DNA of 64,000 nucleotides, taken from assembly GCA_002269645.1 (NCBI GenBank), contig NIVC01000561.1:310001-374000 (forward strand), read 5' to 3'. Below are positions 21,301-32,448 of the stretch, one piece after another. The position numbers and the translations under genes were made by a program. The notes under the pieces were generated by a model, which saw only the letters and a program-made list of their open reading frames with translations, was not told where the DNA came from and ran no database searches. The stretch is from Macrostomum lignano. Its lineage: Eukaryota. Each line of letters opens with the position of its first letter. The first letter of the stretch is position 1.

Positions 21301-24300
21301 TGGAATTTCCCATTAAAGCTACGTGGAATCTTTCTTTAAAGATTCAAAGCTACCATGGTACGTGGAATTTCCCGTCAAAGCTACGTGCAATTTCCCATCA
21401 AAGCTACGTGGAATTTGCGATCAAAGCTACGTGGTATTTCCCATTAAAGCTACGTGGAATCTTTCTTCAAAGATTCAAAGCTACCATGGTACGTGGAATT
21501 TCCCGTCAAAGCTGCGTGGAATTTGCTATCAAAGCTACGTGGAATTTCCCATCAAAGCTACGTGGAATTTCCCATCAAAGCTACGTGGAATTTGCGATCA
21601 AAGCTACGTGGAATTTCCCATCAAAGCTACGTGGAATTTCCCGTCAAAGCTGCGTGTAATTTCCCATCAAAGCTACGTGGAATCTTTCTTTAAAGATTCA
21701 AAGCTACCATGGTACGTGGAATTTCCCGTCAAAGCTACGTGGAATTTGCGATCAAAGCTGCGTGGAATTTCCCGTCAAAGCTGCGTGGAATTTCCCATCA
21801 AAGCTGCGTGGAATTTCCCATCAAAGCCACGTGGAATTTCCCATCAAAGCTACGTGGAATTTCCCATCAAAGCTGCGTGGAATTTCCCATCAAAGCTGCG
21901 TGAAATTTCCAATCAAAGCTACGTGGAATTTCCCATTAAAGCTACGTGGAATTTCCCATCAAAGCTACGTGGAATTTCCCATTAAAGCTACGCGGAATTT
22001 CCCAGTAAAGCTACGTGGAATTTCCCATCAAAGCTACGTGGAATTTCCCATCAAAGCTACGTGGAATTTCCCATCAAAGCTGCGTGGAATCTCCCATCAA
22101 AGCTGCGTGGAATTTCCCATCAAAGCTGCGTGGAATTTCCCATTAAAGCTACGTGGAATTTCCCATCAAAGCTGCGTGAAATTTCCCATCAAAGCTACGT
22201 GGAATTTCCCATCAAAGCTACGTGGAATTTCCCATCAAAGCTGCGTGGAATTTCCCATTAAAGCCACGTGGAATTTCCCATCAAAGCTGCGTGAAATTTC
22301 CCATCAAAGCTGCGTGGAATTTCCCATTAAAGCTACGTGGAATTTCCCATTAAAGCTACGTGGAATTTCCCATCAAAGCTACGTGGAATTTGCGATCAAA
22401 GCTGCGTGGAATTTCCCGTCAAAGCTGCGTGGAATTTCCCATCAAAGCTGCGTGCAATTTCCCATCAAAGCTGCGTGGAATTTCCCATCAAAGCTACGTG
22501 GAATTTCCCATCAAAGCTGCGTGGAATTTCCCATTAAAGCTACGTGGAATCTTTCTTTAAAGATTCAAAGCTACCATGGTACGTGGAATTTCCCGTCAAA
22601 GCTACGTGCAATTTCCCATCAAAGCTGCGTGGAATTTCCCATCAAAGCTGCGTGGAATTTCCCATTAAAGCTACGTGGAATCTTTCTTTAAAGATTCAAA
22701 GCTACCATGGTACGTGGAATTTCCCGTCAAAGCTACGTGCAATTTCCCATCAAAGCTACGTGGAATTTGCGATCAAAGCTACGTGGTATTTCCCATTAAA
22801 GCTACGTGGAATCTTTCTTCAAAGATTCAAAGCTACCATGGTACGTGGAATTTCCCGTCAAAGCTGCGTGGAATTTGCTATCAAAGCTACGTGGAATTTC
22901 CCATCAAAGCTACGTGGAATTTCCCATCAAAGCTACGTGGAATTTGCGATCAAAGCTACGTGGAATTTCCCATCAAAGCTACGTGGAATTTCCCGTCAAA
23001 GCTGCGTGTAATTTCCCATCAAAGCTACGTGGAATTTCCCATCAAAGCTACGTGGAATTTCCCATCAAAGCTACGTGGAATTTCCCATCAAAGCTACGTG
23101 GAATTTCCCATCAAAGCTACGTGGAATTTGCGATCAAAGCTGCGTGGAATTTCCCGTCAAAGCTGCGTGGAATTTCCCATCAAAGCTGCGTGGAATTTCC
23201 CATCAAAGCCACGTGGAATTTCCCATCAAAGCTACGTGGAATTTCCCATCAAAGCTGCGTGGAATTTCCCATCAAAGCTGCGTGAAATTTCCAATCAAAG
23301 CTACGTGGAATTTCCCATTAAAGCTACGTGGAATTTCCCATCAAAGCTACGTGGAATTTCCCATTAAAGCTACGCGGAATTTCCCAGTAAAGCTACGTGG
23401 AATTTCCCATCAAAGCTACGTGGAATTTCCCATCAAAGCTACGTGGAATTTCCCATCAAAGCTGCGTGGAATCTCCCATCAAAGCTGCGTGGAATTTCCC
23501 ATCAAAGCTGCGTGGAATTTCCCATTAAAGCTACGTGGAATTTCCCATCAAAGCTGCGTGAAATTTCCCATCAAAGCTACGTGGAATTTCCCATCAAAGC
23601 TACGTGGAATTTCCCATCAAAGCTGCGTGGAATTTCCCATTAAAGCCACGTGGAATTTCCCATCAAAGCTGCGTGAAATTTCCCATCAAAGCTGCGTGGA
23701 ATTTCCCATTAAAGCTACGTGGAATTTCCCATTAAAGCTACGTGGAATTTCCCATCAAAGCTACGTGGAATTTGCGATCAAAGCTGCGTGGAATTTCCCG
23801 TCAAAGCTGCGTGGAATTTCCCATCAAAGCTGCGTGCAATTTCCCATCAAAGCTGCGTGGAATTTCCCATCAAAGCTACGTGGAATTTCCCATCAAAGCT
23901 GCGTGGAATTTCCCATTAAAGCTACGTGGAATCTTTCTTTAAAGATTCAAAGCTACCATGGTACGTGGAATTTCCCGTCAAAGCTACGTGCAATTTCCCA
24001 TCAAAGCTGCGTGGAATTTCCCATCAAAGCTGCGTGGAATTTCCCATTAAAGCTACGTGGAATCTTTCTTTAAAGATTCAAAGCTACCATGGTACGTGGA
24101 ATTTCCCGTCAAAGCTACGTGCAATTTCCCATCAAAGCTACGTGGAATTTGCGATCAAAGCTACGTGGTATTTCCCATTAAAGCTACGTGGAATCTTTCT
24201 TCAAAGATTCAAAGCTACCATGGTACGTGGAATTTCCCGTCAAAGCTGCGTGGAATTTGCTATCAAAGCTACGTGGAATTTCCCATCAAAGCTACGTGGA

Positions 24301-25170
24301 ATTTCCCATCAAAGCTACGTGGAATTTGCGATCAAAGCTACGTGGAATTTCCCATCAAAGCTACGTGGAATTTCCCGTCAAAGCTGCGTGTAATTTCCCA
24401 TCAAAGCTACGTGGAATTTCCCATCAAAGCTACGTGGAATTTCCCATCAAAGCTACGTGGAATTTCCCATCAAAGCTACGTGGAATTTCCCATCAAAGCT
24501 ACGTGGAATTTGCGATCAAAGCTGCGTGGAATTTCCCGTCAAAGCTGCGTGGAATTTCCCATCAAAGCTGCGTGGAATTTCCCATCAAAGCCACGTGGAA
24601 TTTCCCATCAAAGCTACGTGGAATTTCCCATCAAAGCTGCGTGGAATTTCCCATCAAAGCTGCGTGAAATTTCCAATCAAAGCTACGTGGAATTTCCCAT
24701 TAAAGCTACGTGGAATTTCCCATCAAAGCTACGTGGAATTTCCCATTAAAGCTACGCGGAATTTCCCAGTAAAGCTACGTGGAATTTCCCATCAAAGCTA
24801 CGTGGAATTTCCCATCAAAGCTACGTGGAATTTCCCATCAAAGCTGCGTGGAATCTCCCATCAAAGCTGCGTGGAATTTCCCATCAAAGCTGCGTGGAAT
24901 TTCCCATTAAAGCTACGTGGAATTTCCCATCAAAGCTGCGTGAAATTTCCCATCAAAGCTACGTGGAATTTCCCATCAAAGCTACGTGGAATTTCCCATC
25001 AAAGCTACGTGGAATTTCCCATCATAGCTGCGTGGAATTTCCCATTAAAGCTACGTGGAATTTCCCATCAAAGCTACGTGGAATTTCCCATTAAAGCTAC
25101 GCGGAATTTCCCAGTAAAGCTACGTGGAATCTTTCTTCAAAGATTCAAAGCTACGTGGAATTTCCCATCA
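18310..25170. repeat. 23-bp satellite (gtggaatttcccatcaaagctac), about 290 monomers, organised in ~1.38-kb higher-order repeats
   Basis: Marker variant ggaatctttctttaaagattcaaagctaccatggtac recurs in triplets at about 19810/21192/22544/23926 (periods 1382, 1352, 1382). Confidence 0.95.
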
Positions 25171-25240
25171 CGTTGCTACGGTAGAAAAGTCTTCAAACAC
25201 GGCAGAAGATCAGATTCAGAAACCCAGTTTACTCGCTAAC

Positions 25241-25403
25241 CTCCTGGCGGCCCGATCATCTCGTAGCCTTCAACATCGTCCGGAGTGACGAGCTGCGGCT
25301 CGGCAGGAAAACTGGGCAGCAGCTGGCCGCTGTCCTCCTCAGCGTCATCAGCGGGTTGCTCGGGCACCAGCGTCTCAAGCGATCCCACTTTTGAGTTGGG
25401 CAT
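25241..25403 (-). CDS. Candidate first coding exon (MPNSKVGSLETLVPEQPADDAEEDSGQLLPSFPAEPQLVTPDDVEGYEMIGPPG), possibly of the SSUH2-like gene
   Basis: GC-rich coding-like island; ATG at 25403; phase-1 donor gttagc; acidic/Pro-rich with DxxxGYE reminiscent of SSUH2 N-termini. Linkage to the downstream exons is not proven. Confidence 0.4.
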
Positions 25404-25539
25404 TTCTTCGCTTTTTCTGCCGACAATACAGAGGCGGTGTCTTTAGCTGAGAACCTGTGGACTGATTGCTGTCTATATAGTTTGCTCTGACCAATCAGGT
25501 ACTCTCTCTCTCTCTCTCTCGCTCTCTCTGATTTGAAGG

Positions 25540-25800
25540 ATGAGCCTCATGTGTCACTCTTGGAACCAGGTGAGGCAGTGTGCTCATGTCACTCTTTGGA
25601 ACCAGGTGAGGCAGTGTGCTCATGTCACTCTTTGGAACCAGGTGAGGCAGTGTGCTCATGTCACTCTTTGGAACCAGGTGAGGCAGTGTGCTCATGTCAC
25701 TCTTTGGAACCAGGTGAGGTAGTGTGCTTATGTCACTCTTTGGAACCAGGTGAGGCAGTGTGCTCATGTCACTCTTTGGAACCAGGTGAGCAGACTGCGG
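25540..25800. repeat. 36-bp tandem repeat (tggaaccaggtgaggcagtgtgctcatgtcactctt), about 7 copies, preceded by (CT)n
   Basis: Direct inspection. Confidence 0.9.
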
Positions 25801-26569
25801 GAAGGTAGTCAGTCTAAAATGTTTACCCAATAAGTTGAGTAATTAGAGCCTTAACCAATGAAGGCCAAGCTGACGAATTCAGTAAAACAAATAGCAAACA
25901 ATTAAGTTGAGCGCGATTAATAAAAAAAGCTAAGGAGCCGCATTCTCGATATTTTATTGCTCTACCTTCTGCCCACGCGATTGCAACTTGCAGAAAAAAC
26001 TGATTATTGAGCATATTATTGGTTTCTAGTTGAATAGTGAGAGTTGCCGCTGCGAAGTGCAAGCGGGTGCAGAGTATGTGCTTCTCAAATCCAATGATAG
26101 AATCACAATAGGATGTGAGATAAAGTGAGGAAAGTGAGGAACCGCGCATAAGTTAGGACTGCAGGCTGTACTCTACAGGGCTGGTTTTGTACTTTTATCA
26201 ACAGACTCGAGCTGATTATTTTGTAGATAGGTGAAAGTAGCAGGGATTGAGGGGCGCAATTTCGGGAATATTAATAGGAGAAGAGGAATTAATAGACTCC
26301 CAGCTGCTATGTTGGTTATTGTTCTCATGGAAACCGCAACAACATCCAGCGAGGCGCTGGGAATGAGGGATAAGCTAAAAGAATAGAAGCTTATCAATAG
26401 AAATAACTCTGATGAAAAACACTTTAGCAACATATTAGCCTTGTGACGCAAATTGCATCACCTACAGCCCCACAGTTAAGGTGAAAACTTTAACATGCTG
26501 CTGAGTGTACACAATACCTGCATACATTATGCTTTTCTGCCAGATAAGAAATCAGGATTTCGATGTACA

Positions 26570-28830
26570 CTGCTAGCTACCCGAGATGATGGCTTAAGAA
26601 ATCAGGGCCAGATAAGAAGGGCAGATAAAAAATCAGGGCCTTGATGTACATTGCTAGCGATCCGATTGTTTAAGAACTGGGGTGAGGGCAGATAAGAAGT
26701 CAGGGCCTTGATGTACATTGCTAGCGACCCGATTGTTTAAGAACTGGGGTGAGGACAGATAAGAAGTCAGGGCCTTGATGTACATTGCTAGCGATCCGAT
26801 TGTTTAAGAACTGGGGTGAGGGCAGATAAGAAGTCAGGGCCTTGATGCACATTGCTAGCGACCCGATTGTTTAAGAATTTTGGGGTGAGGGCAGATAAGA
26901 AGTCAGGGCCTTGATGTATATTGCTAGCGACCCGAGATGATGGTTAAAGAACTGGGGTGAGGGCAGATAAGAAGTCAGGGCCTTGATGTACATTGCTAGC
27001 GACCCGATTGTTTAAGAACTGGGTAAGGACAGATAAGAAGTCAGGGCCTTGATGCACATTGCTAGCGACCCGATTGTTTAAGAATTTTGGGGTGAGGGCA
27101 GATAAGAAGTCAGGGCCTTGATGTACATTGCTAGCGATCCGATTGTTTAAGAACTGGGTGAGGACAGATAAGAAGTCAGGGCCTTGATGTACATTGCTAG
27201 CGATCCGATTGTTTAAGAACTGGGTGAGGGCAGATAAGAAGTCAGGGCCTTGATGTACATTGCTAGCGATCCGATTGTTTAAGAACTGGGTGAGGACAGA
27301 TAAGAAGTCAGGGCCTTGATGTACATTGCTAGCGATCCGATTGTTTAAGAACTGGGTGAGGACAGATAAGAAGTCAGGGCCTTGATGTACATTGCTAGCG
27401 ATCCGATTGTTTAAGAACTGGGGTGAGGACAGATAAGAAATCAGGGCCTTGATGTACATTGCTAGCGACCCGATTGTTTAAGAACTGGGGTGAGGACAGA
27501 TAAGAAGTCAGGGCCTTGATGTACATTGCTAGCGACCCGATTGTTTAAGAACTGGGTAAGGACAGATAAGAAGTCAGGGCCTTGATGTACATTGCTAGCG
27601 ACCCGATTGTTTAAGAACTGGGGTGAGGACAGATAAGAAGTCAGGGCCTTGATGTACATTGCTAGCGACCCGATTGTTTAAGAACTGGGTAAGGACAGAT
27701 AAGAAGTCAGGGCCTTGATGTACATTGCTAGCGATCCGATTGTTTAAGAACTGGGGTGAGGACAGATAAGAAGTCAGGGCCTTGATGTACATTGCTAGCG
27801 ATCCGATTGTTTAAGAACTGGGGTGAGGACAGATAAGAAGTCAGGGCCTTGATGTACATTGCTAGCGATCCGATTGTTTAAGAACTGGGTGAGGACAGAT
27901 AAGAAGTCAGGGCCTTGATGTACATTGCTAGCGATCCGATTGTTTAAGAACTGGGGTGAGGACAGATAAGAAGTCAGGGCCTTGATGTACATTGCTAGCG
28001 ACCCGATTGTTTAAGAACTGGGGTGAGGACAGATAAGAAGTCAGGGCCTTGATGTACATTGCTAGCGATCCGATTGTTTAAGAACTGGGGTGAGGGCAGA
28101 TAAGAAGTCAGGGCCTTGATGCACATTGCTAGCGACCCGATTGTTTAAGAATGTTGGGGTGAGGGCAGATAAGAAGTCAGGGCCTTGATGTATATTGCTA
28201 GCGACCCGAGATGATGGTTAAAGAACTGGGGTGAGGGCAGATAAGAAGTCAGGGCCTTGATGTACATTGCTAGCGACCCGATTGTTTAAGAACTGGGTAA
28301 GGACAGATAAGAAGTCAGGGCCTTGATGCACATTGCTAGCGACCCGATTGTTTAAGAATTTTGGGGTGAGGGCAGATAAGAAGTCAGGGCCTTGATGTAC
28401 ATTGCTAGCGATCCGATTGTTTAAGAACTGGGTGAGGACAGATAAGAAGTCAGGGCCTTGATGTACATTGCTAGCGATCCGATTGTTTAAGAACTGGGGT
28501 GAGGACAGATAAGAAGTCAGGGCCTTGATGTACATTGCTAGCGACCCGATTGTTTAAGAACTGGGGTGAGGACAGATAAGAAGTCAGGGCCTTGATGTAC
28601 ATTGCTAGCGACCCGATTGTTTAAGAACTGGGTAAGGGCAGATAAGAAGTCAGGGCCTTGATGCACATTGCTAGCGACCCGATTGTTTAAGAATTTTGGG
28701 GTGAGGGCAGATAAGAAGTCAGGGCCTTGATGTATATTGCTAGCGACCCGAGATGATGGTTAAAGAACTGGGGTGAGGGCAGATAAGAAATCACGGCCTT
28801 GATGTACACCGAGACCCGAGATGATGGATC
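26570..28830. repeat. 66-68-bp minisatellite (gcagataagaagtcagggccttgatgtacattgctagcgatccgattgtttaagaactggggtgagg), about 33 copies
   Basis: Direct inspection; no unique spacers. Confidence 0.95.
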
Positions 28831-30086
28831 CAATAAAAATATTTAGCACACCGGAATATCTACTTTAAATAGTCAAGACGTAAGAATCGACTTAAACTTC
28901 AAGTGAATTAAAGAAATACTTAGTGCTGTGAGTTGGATTTCGACGCTGTGCACGGAAGCTGCGCAGTGTATAATAATAGTTTTTATGACTGCAAACTGTG
29001 TTCTAGTAAAATCTGGAGGGCTGCAATTGTACTTTTGATGTACATCGCTGAAGTGACTTTTATTTTATTTGTGTTACACGCGCTGGATTATCTTCTTATC
29101 TCACATTTTCACGGCCCAGAGCGAATTATAACGGCGGTTGCATGTTCCCGAACGGCTTAAAATATTGTAATACCTAGAATATTAGTTGTACGCTCGTACA
29201 TCAGCTTGATCCGTTTGAGTCTTAATTTAATTACTTTTTACAATGTGTTGAAGGTACTATGTTTTGTTTGAATTTAAATTCGCTGAGGTTTCGAATTTTT
29301 CTAAAACCGTTGTGTTAATTTTTTATTAGAAATGAATTTTTTTTATTTTACTAAAGACACTCCGGCAGCAATGTGCAGCAGTGCAATTCGCCTGCAGGAA
29401 CGTCACAGAAGAACGTCTCGCAATGTCGCCAAAATTTGAAGTTTTCTCACAAAACTCTTTCTTAATATTATTCAATTACGTAAAAACTTATGCGTACTTT
29501 TAGTTATATAAATTTCGGTTTGATTTCGCAATAGTGAAATTTGAGTTTAATCACCTGTTGGATTGTTTGATAAATGACGTGCCTAAGGTTACAATTCATT
29601 AACCCGCACGTGGGCCGCGTGTTTACTGTCTGTTCTTTCTGACCATTTGCATTTTGCTTTGCAACCCTAGAGGAAATTCTGCTTCTCAAACTTAGCAGAT
29701 CTTCTCAATCTGCTCGGTTCTTGCAGGATCTTCTAAGATGGGAGGTACATTTTTTTGTTATTCATTTAGCTAAAGTGTTCTAGCTGAACTATATTTTATT
29801 TTATGACAAAATGGGACAAAAAAATAAAGAAAAGATGCGATTCGAAGCTATAAAAAGATATAAAAGCTAAGATCTTGTACGATGTAGCAAGTCGCCCAGA
29901 TCTGGTAAGTTTACCTAAGTATTATTATAGCAAAGATCTTGCACGTTCTTGCAAGTACTCGCGCAGCAACCCAAAGAAGATAGATGTCTTCTAGGGAAGG
30001 ACTATACTTACCGTGTATATCACCCTGCTAGCTGGAAATATTGCAGAATGAACTGTCTATGGCCAAACCTCCTGGATAGCCAGCAA

Positions 30087-30380
30087 GGAGCCGTAGCCCA
30101 GTGATCTAGCACGGCGCTCTTATGCGCCAGCGGCCCAGGCTCGATTCCAAGTGCAGTCACATTAATTTTTTAGACTATATTGGAATCTTGGCTTGGCTCT
30201 GCTAGTGCAATTAACGCCCAGCTTGGGGCCCAACCCCCAAGGTACAGTGAAGTGTACATGCCTAACGATAAATAAAGTAGGGGCCGCTGTACACACCTGT
30301 GTGAGTGTGTGCCTGTGCGTATGACTGCGTACATATCCGCGCGCTTGTGTGCCTGCTCAGGGGAGTCGGCGGAATGAACA
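30087..30380 (+). mobile_element. tRNA-derived SINE-like repeat, copy 1
   Basis: A-box-like tagcccagtga, 5-bp stem ggcgc/gcgcc, B-box-like ggctcgattcc; body shared with the 62745-62990 copy. Confidence 0.55.
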
Positions 30381-30700
30381 GTAATGTTGGCCGAATGAGG
30401 TGAACAAAAGTTTTTGATAGTCCGAACACCACCGACACATTCTTCATCGACAATTCACGGCAGAAGGCAATGACGATACGCTGTCGATAATGTACAGAAA
30501 TTTGTGGAGTGATTATAAAGCTTTCTTGATCAACCGAAATAAAATGAAAGCGTTTTGTTGTCTGTGTCAAAACTTAATTAGTATCGCAGACAATTGAGCC
30601 GAAGACACACTACCAATAGGGGTTTGACCATAGACTATTTTATTCTTGAATGAAGCTGAAGCTATATGGTAATTGACAAAGTTTTGCCAATCATTTAGAC

Positions 30701-31356
30701 CATGTGGATGAAGGAATACACTGGATTGCTCATCTGAAATAGTCTATGGTCGAGTTCTTTCCTCCAAACTTGGAATTTACCCCCCTAGGAATCTATTGGC
30801 TGATGAAAGTTAAAAATAATCCCCCATAGGACTTGACTGGCTGCTGAATCAGTCAGGGGGAATTCGAAGATCGGGTTGTGAGTTTGACTTTGAGTGTTTT
30901 CATAGAATATTGTAGCAGTATGTATCAAAGCAGACGAGCTGCAGAGAGAAGGGTGCATATAAGAAAGTTTCCTTTTAAATGAGAGCTGTGTGTCATTAAT
31001 TTATTCTATTCTGCCTTCGTCGTTTTGTTCCGTCAGCGTTCACTGGTAATGGCAAAGCGCCCCTGCGCTGCCTTGGACTGCAAATCCAAGACCGGTGAGA
31101 CGTCCGCAGGCAACAGCGTGATGCTTCATTAAGGCTTTTCTACCTACGAGCATGTCTAGCTGCTGAAAATTTGAGGGAAATCCAAAGATGTATTTGATAG
31201 ACTGATTCAGCAGCCAATCAAGTCCTACGGGGGATTATTTTTAACTTTCATCAGCCAATAGATTCCTAGGGGGGGGGGGTAAATTCCAAGTTTGGAGGAA
31301 AGGACTCGACCATAGACTATTTCAGATGAGCAATCCAGTGTGTTCCTTCATCCATG
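30701..31356. mobile_element. Non-autonomous DNA transposon with ~150-bp TIRs and an 8-bp TSD (P-element-like termini)
   Basis: 30701-30853 is the inverse of 31200-31356; TSD atttagac / atttagat; termini CATG(TG)GATGAAGGAA. Confidence 0.7.
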
Positions 31357-31494
31357 ATTTAGATAGACTTGTAACACGTCTATGGCCAATAATGGCTCGA
31401 ACGATTTTCTGCGAAAAGGTGATGGTACTTACGATGACTTGACAGGAATCTTATGGCATGAGTTCGTTTAGGCTTAGGTAGGTTGAGGTTTACT

Positions 31495-31690
31495 GAGGTT
31501 TGGGCTAGGGTTTAGGTTAAGGTTTAGTTTAGGGTTAGGGTTAGGGTATGGTTAAGGTTTAGGTTAGGGTTCAAGAATGGAGGTTAGAGTTAGGGTTTAG
31601 GTTTAGGTTTATGTTTCGGTTTAGGAATCAGGTTAAGTTAAAGTGTTTCAGTTGGGTTTAGAATTAGGGTTTAGGAGAGGGTTTGGTTTC
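31495..31690 (+). repeat. Degenerate (TTAGGG/TTTAGG)n telomere-like tract
   Basis: ttagggttagggttaggg core with degenerate flanking hexamers and heptamers. Confidence 0.7.
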
Positions 31691-32448
31691 GGCAGTCAAT
31701 TCTTGGCAGTCAGCTGTTGCAGACCCATAATATAGCCTTTTCTAAGCTAATTGAGCGCAGGAGCAAGCCATTTAATCCTCTGCAGTGGAGGGAATCAAGC
31801 TAGCGAAGACTTGCCTTTAAATTGTCTATGGCCCAAAAGGGGTTCTGTGGGAGCAATCAATCCTCCTTGTACTTGCTGAACCAACTCCAGCAAACAGATG
31901 GTGTATACTACTGAGAGTACAAAAAACTCAGCATTAAAATTGAATTGGTTTGGAAATACAGCACTCATCTATATCTATACTTTCCATACATTCTTTGTTA
32001 GGAATGGACCCAAACAATTTCTTGAAAAGCTTCGTTCTAACCCACCCAACCTTGTTTAAAAACCTTTTCATTGGCGTCCATGGAAAATTCCAATGTCACA
32101 GTATTATTCAAACTCTATAGAATGAATGACATGACTCTTTCAGCGACAATTTTCACATAGAACTAAAAATGTACATCGGTTTATTAATAACTTATTTACC
32201 CGTGTACTGTACGCTAATGGGGTGAGTAAGTGAGTGGACCTCTTGCTTTTTGTTTGTCAAGAACTGGCTCTGCATGGCTTGAAACAGCGGGGGGGGGTTA
32301 GAAAGATAAACCACCAACCCTCTACCCTCCCATGCCAAAAGCAAACTGTTTATAAATACAGGCAATCTGTAGCAGAGCAGAGGCTCCTGCAAGACCTTAA
32401 CATTGATTCTCTACACAACACCCAACTTTCTTATCACAGCGAACAGCC

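Noticed and set aside
18292-25239. Dozens of EFPIKATWNFPSKLRGISHQ ORFs
   Set aside because: Frame-cycling artefacts of a 23-bp satellite with few stop codons
25540-28830. 36-bp and 67-bp arrays resembling CRISPR repeats
   Set aside because: Units are directly adjacent with no unique spacers, there are no cas genes and the context is eukaryotic
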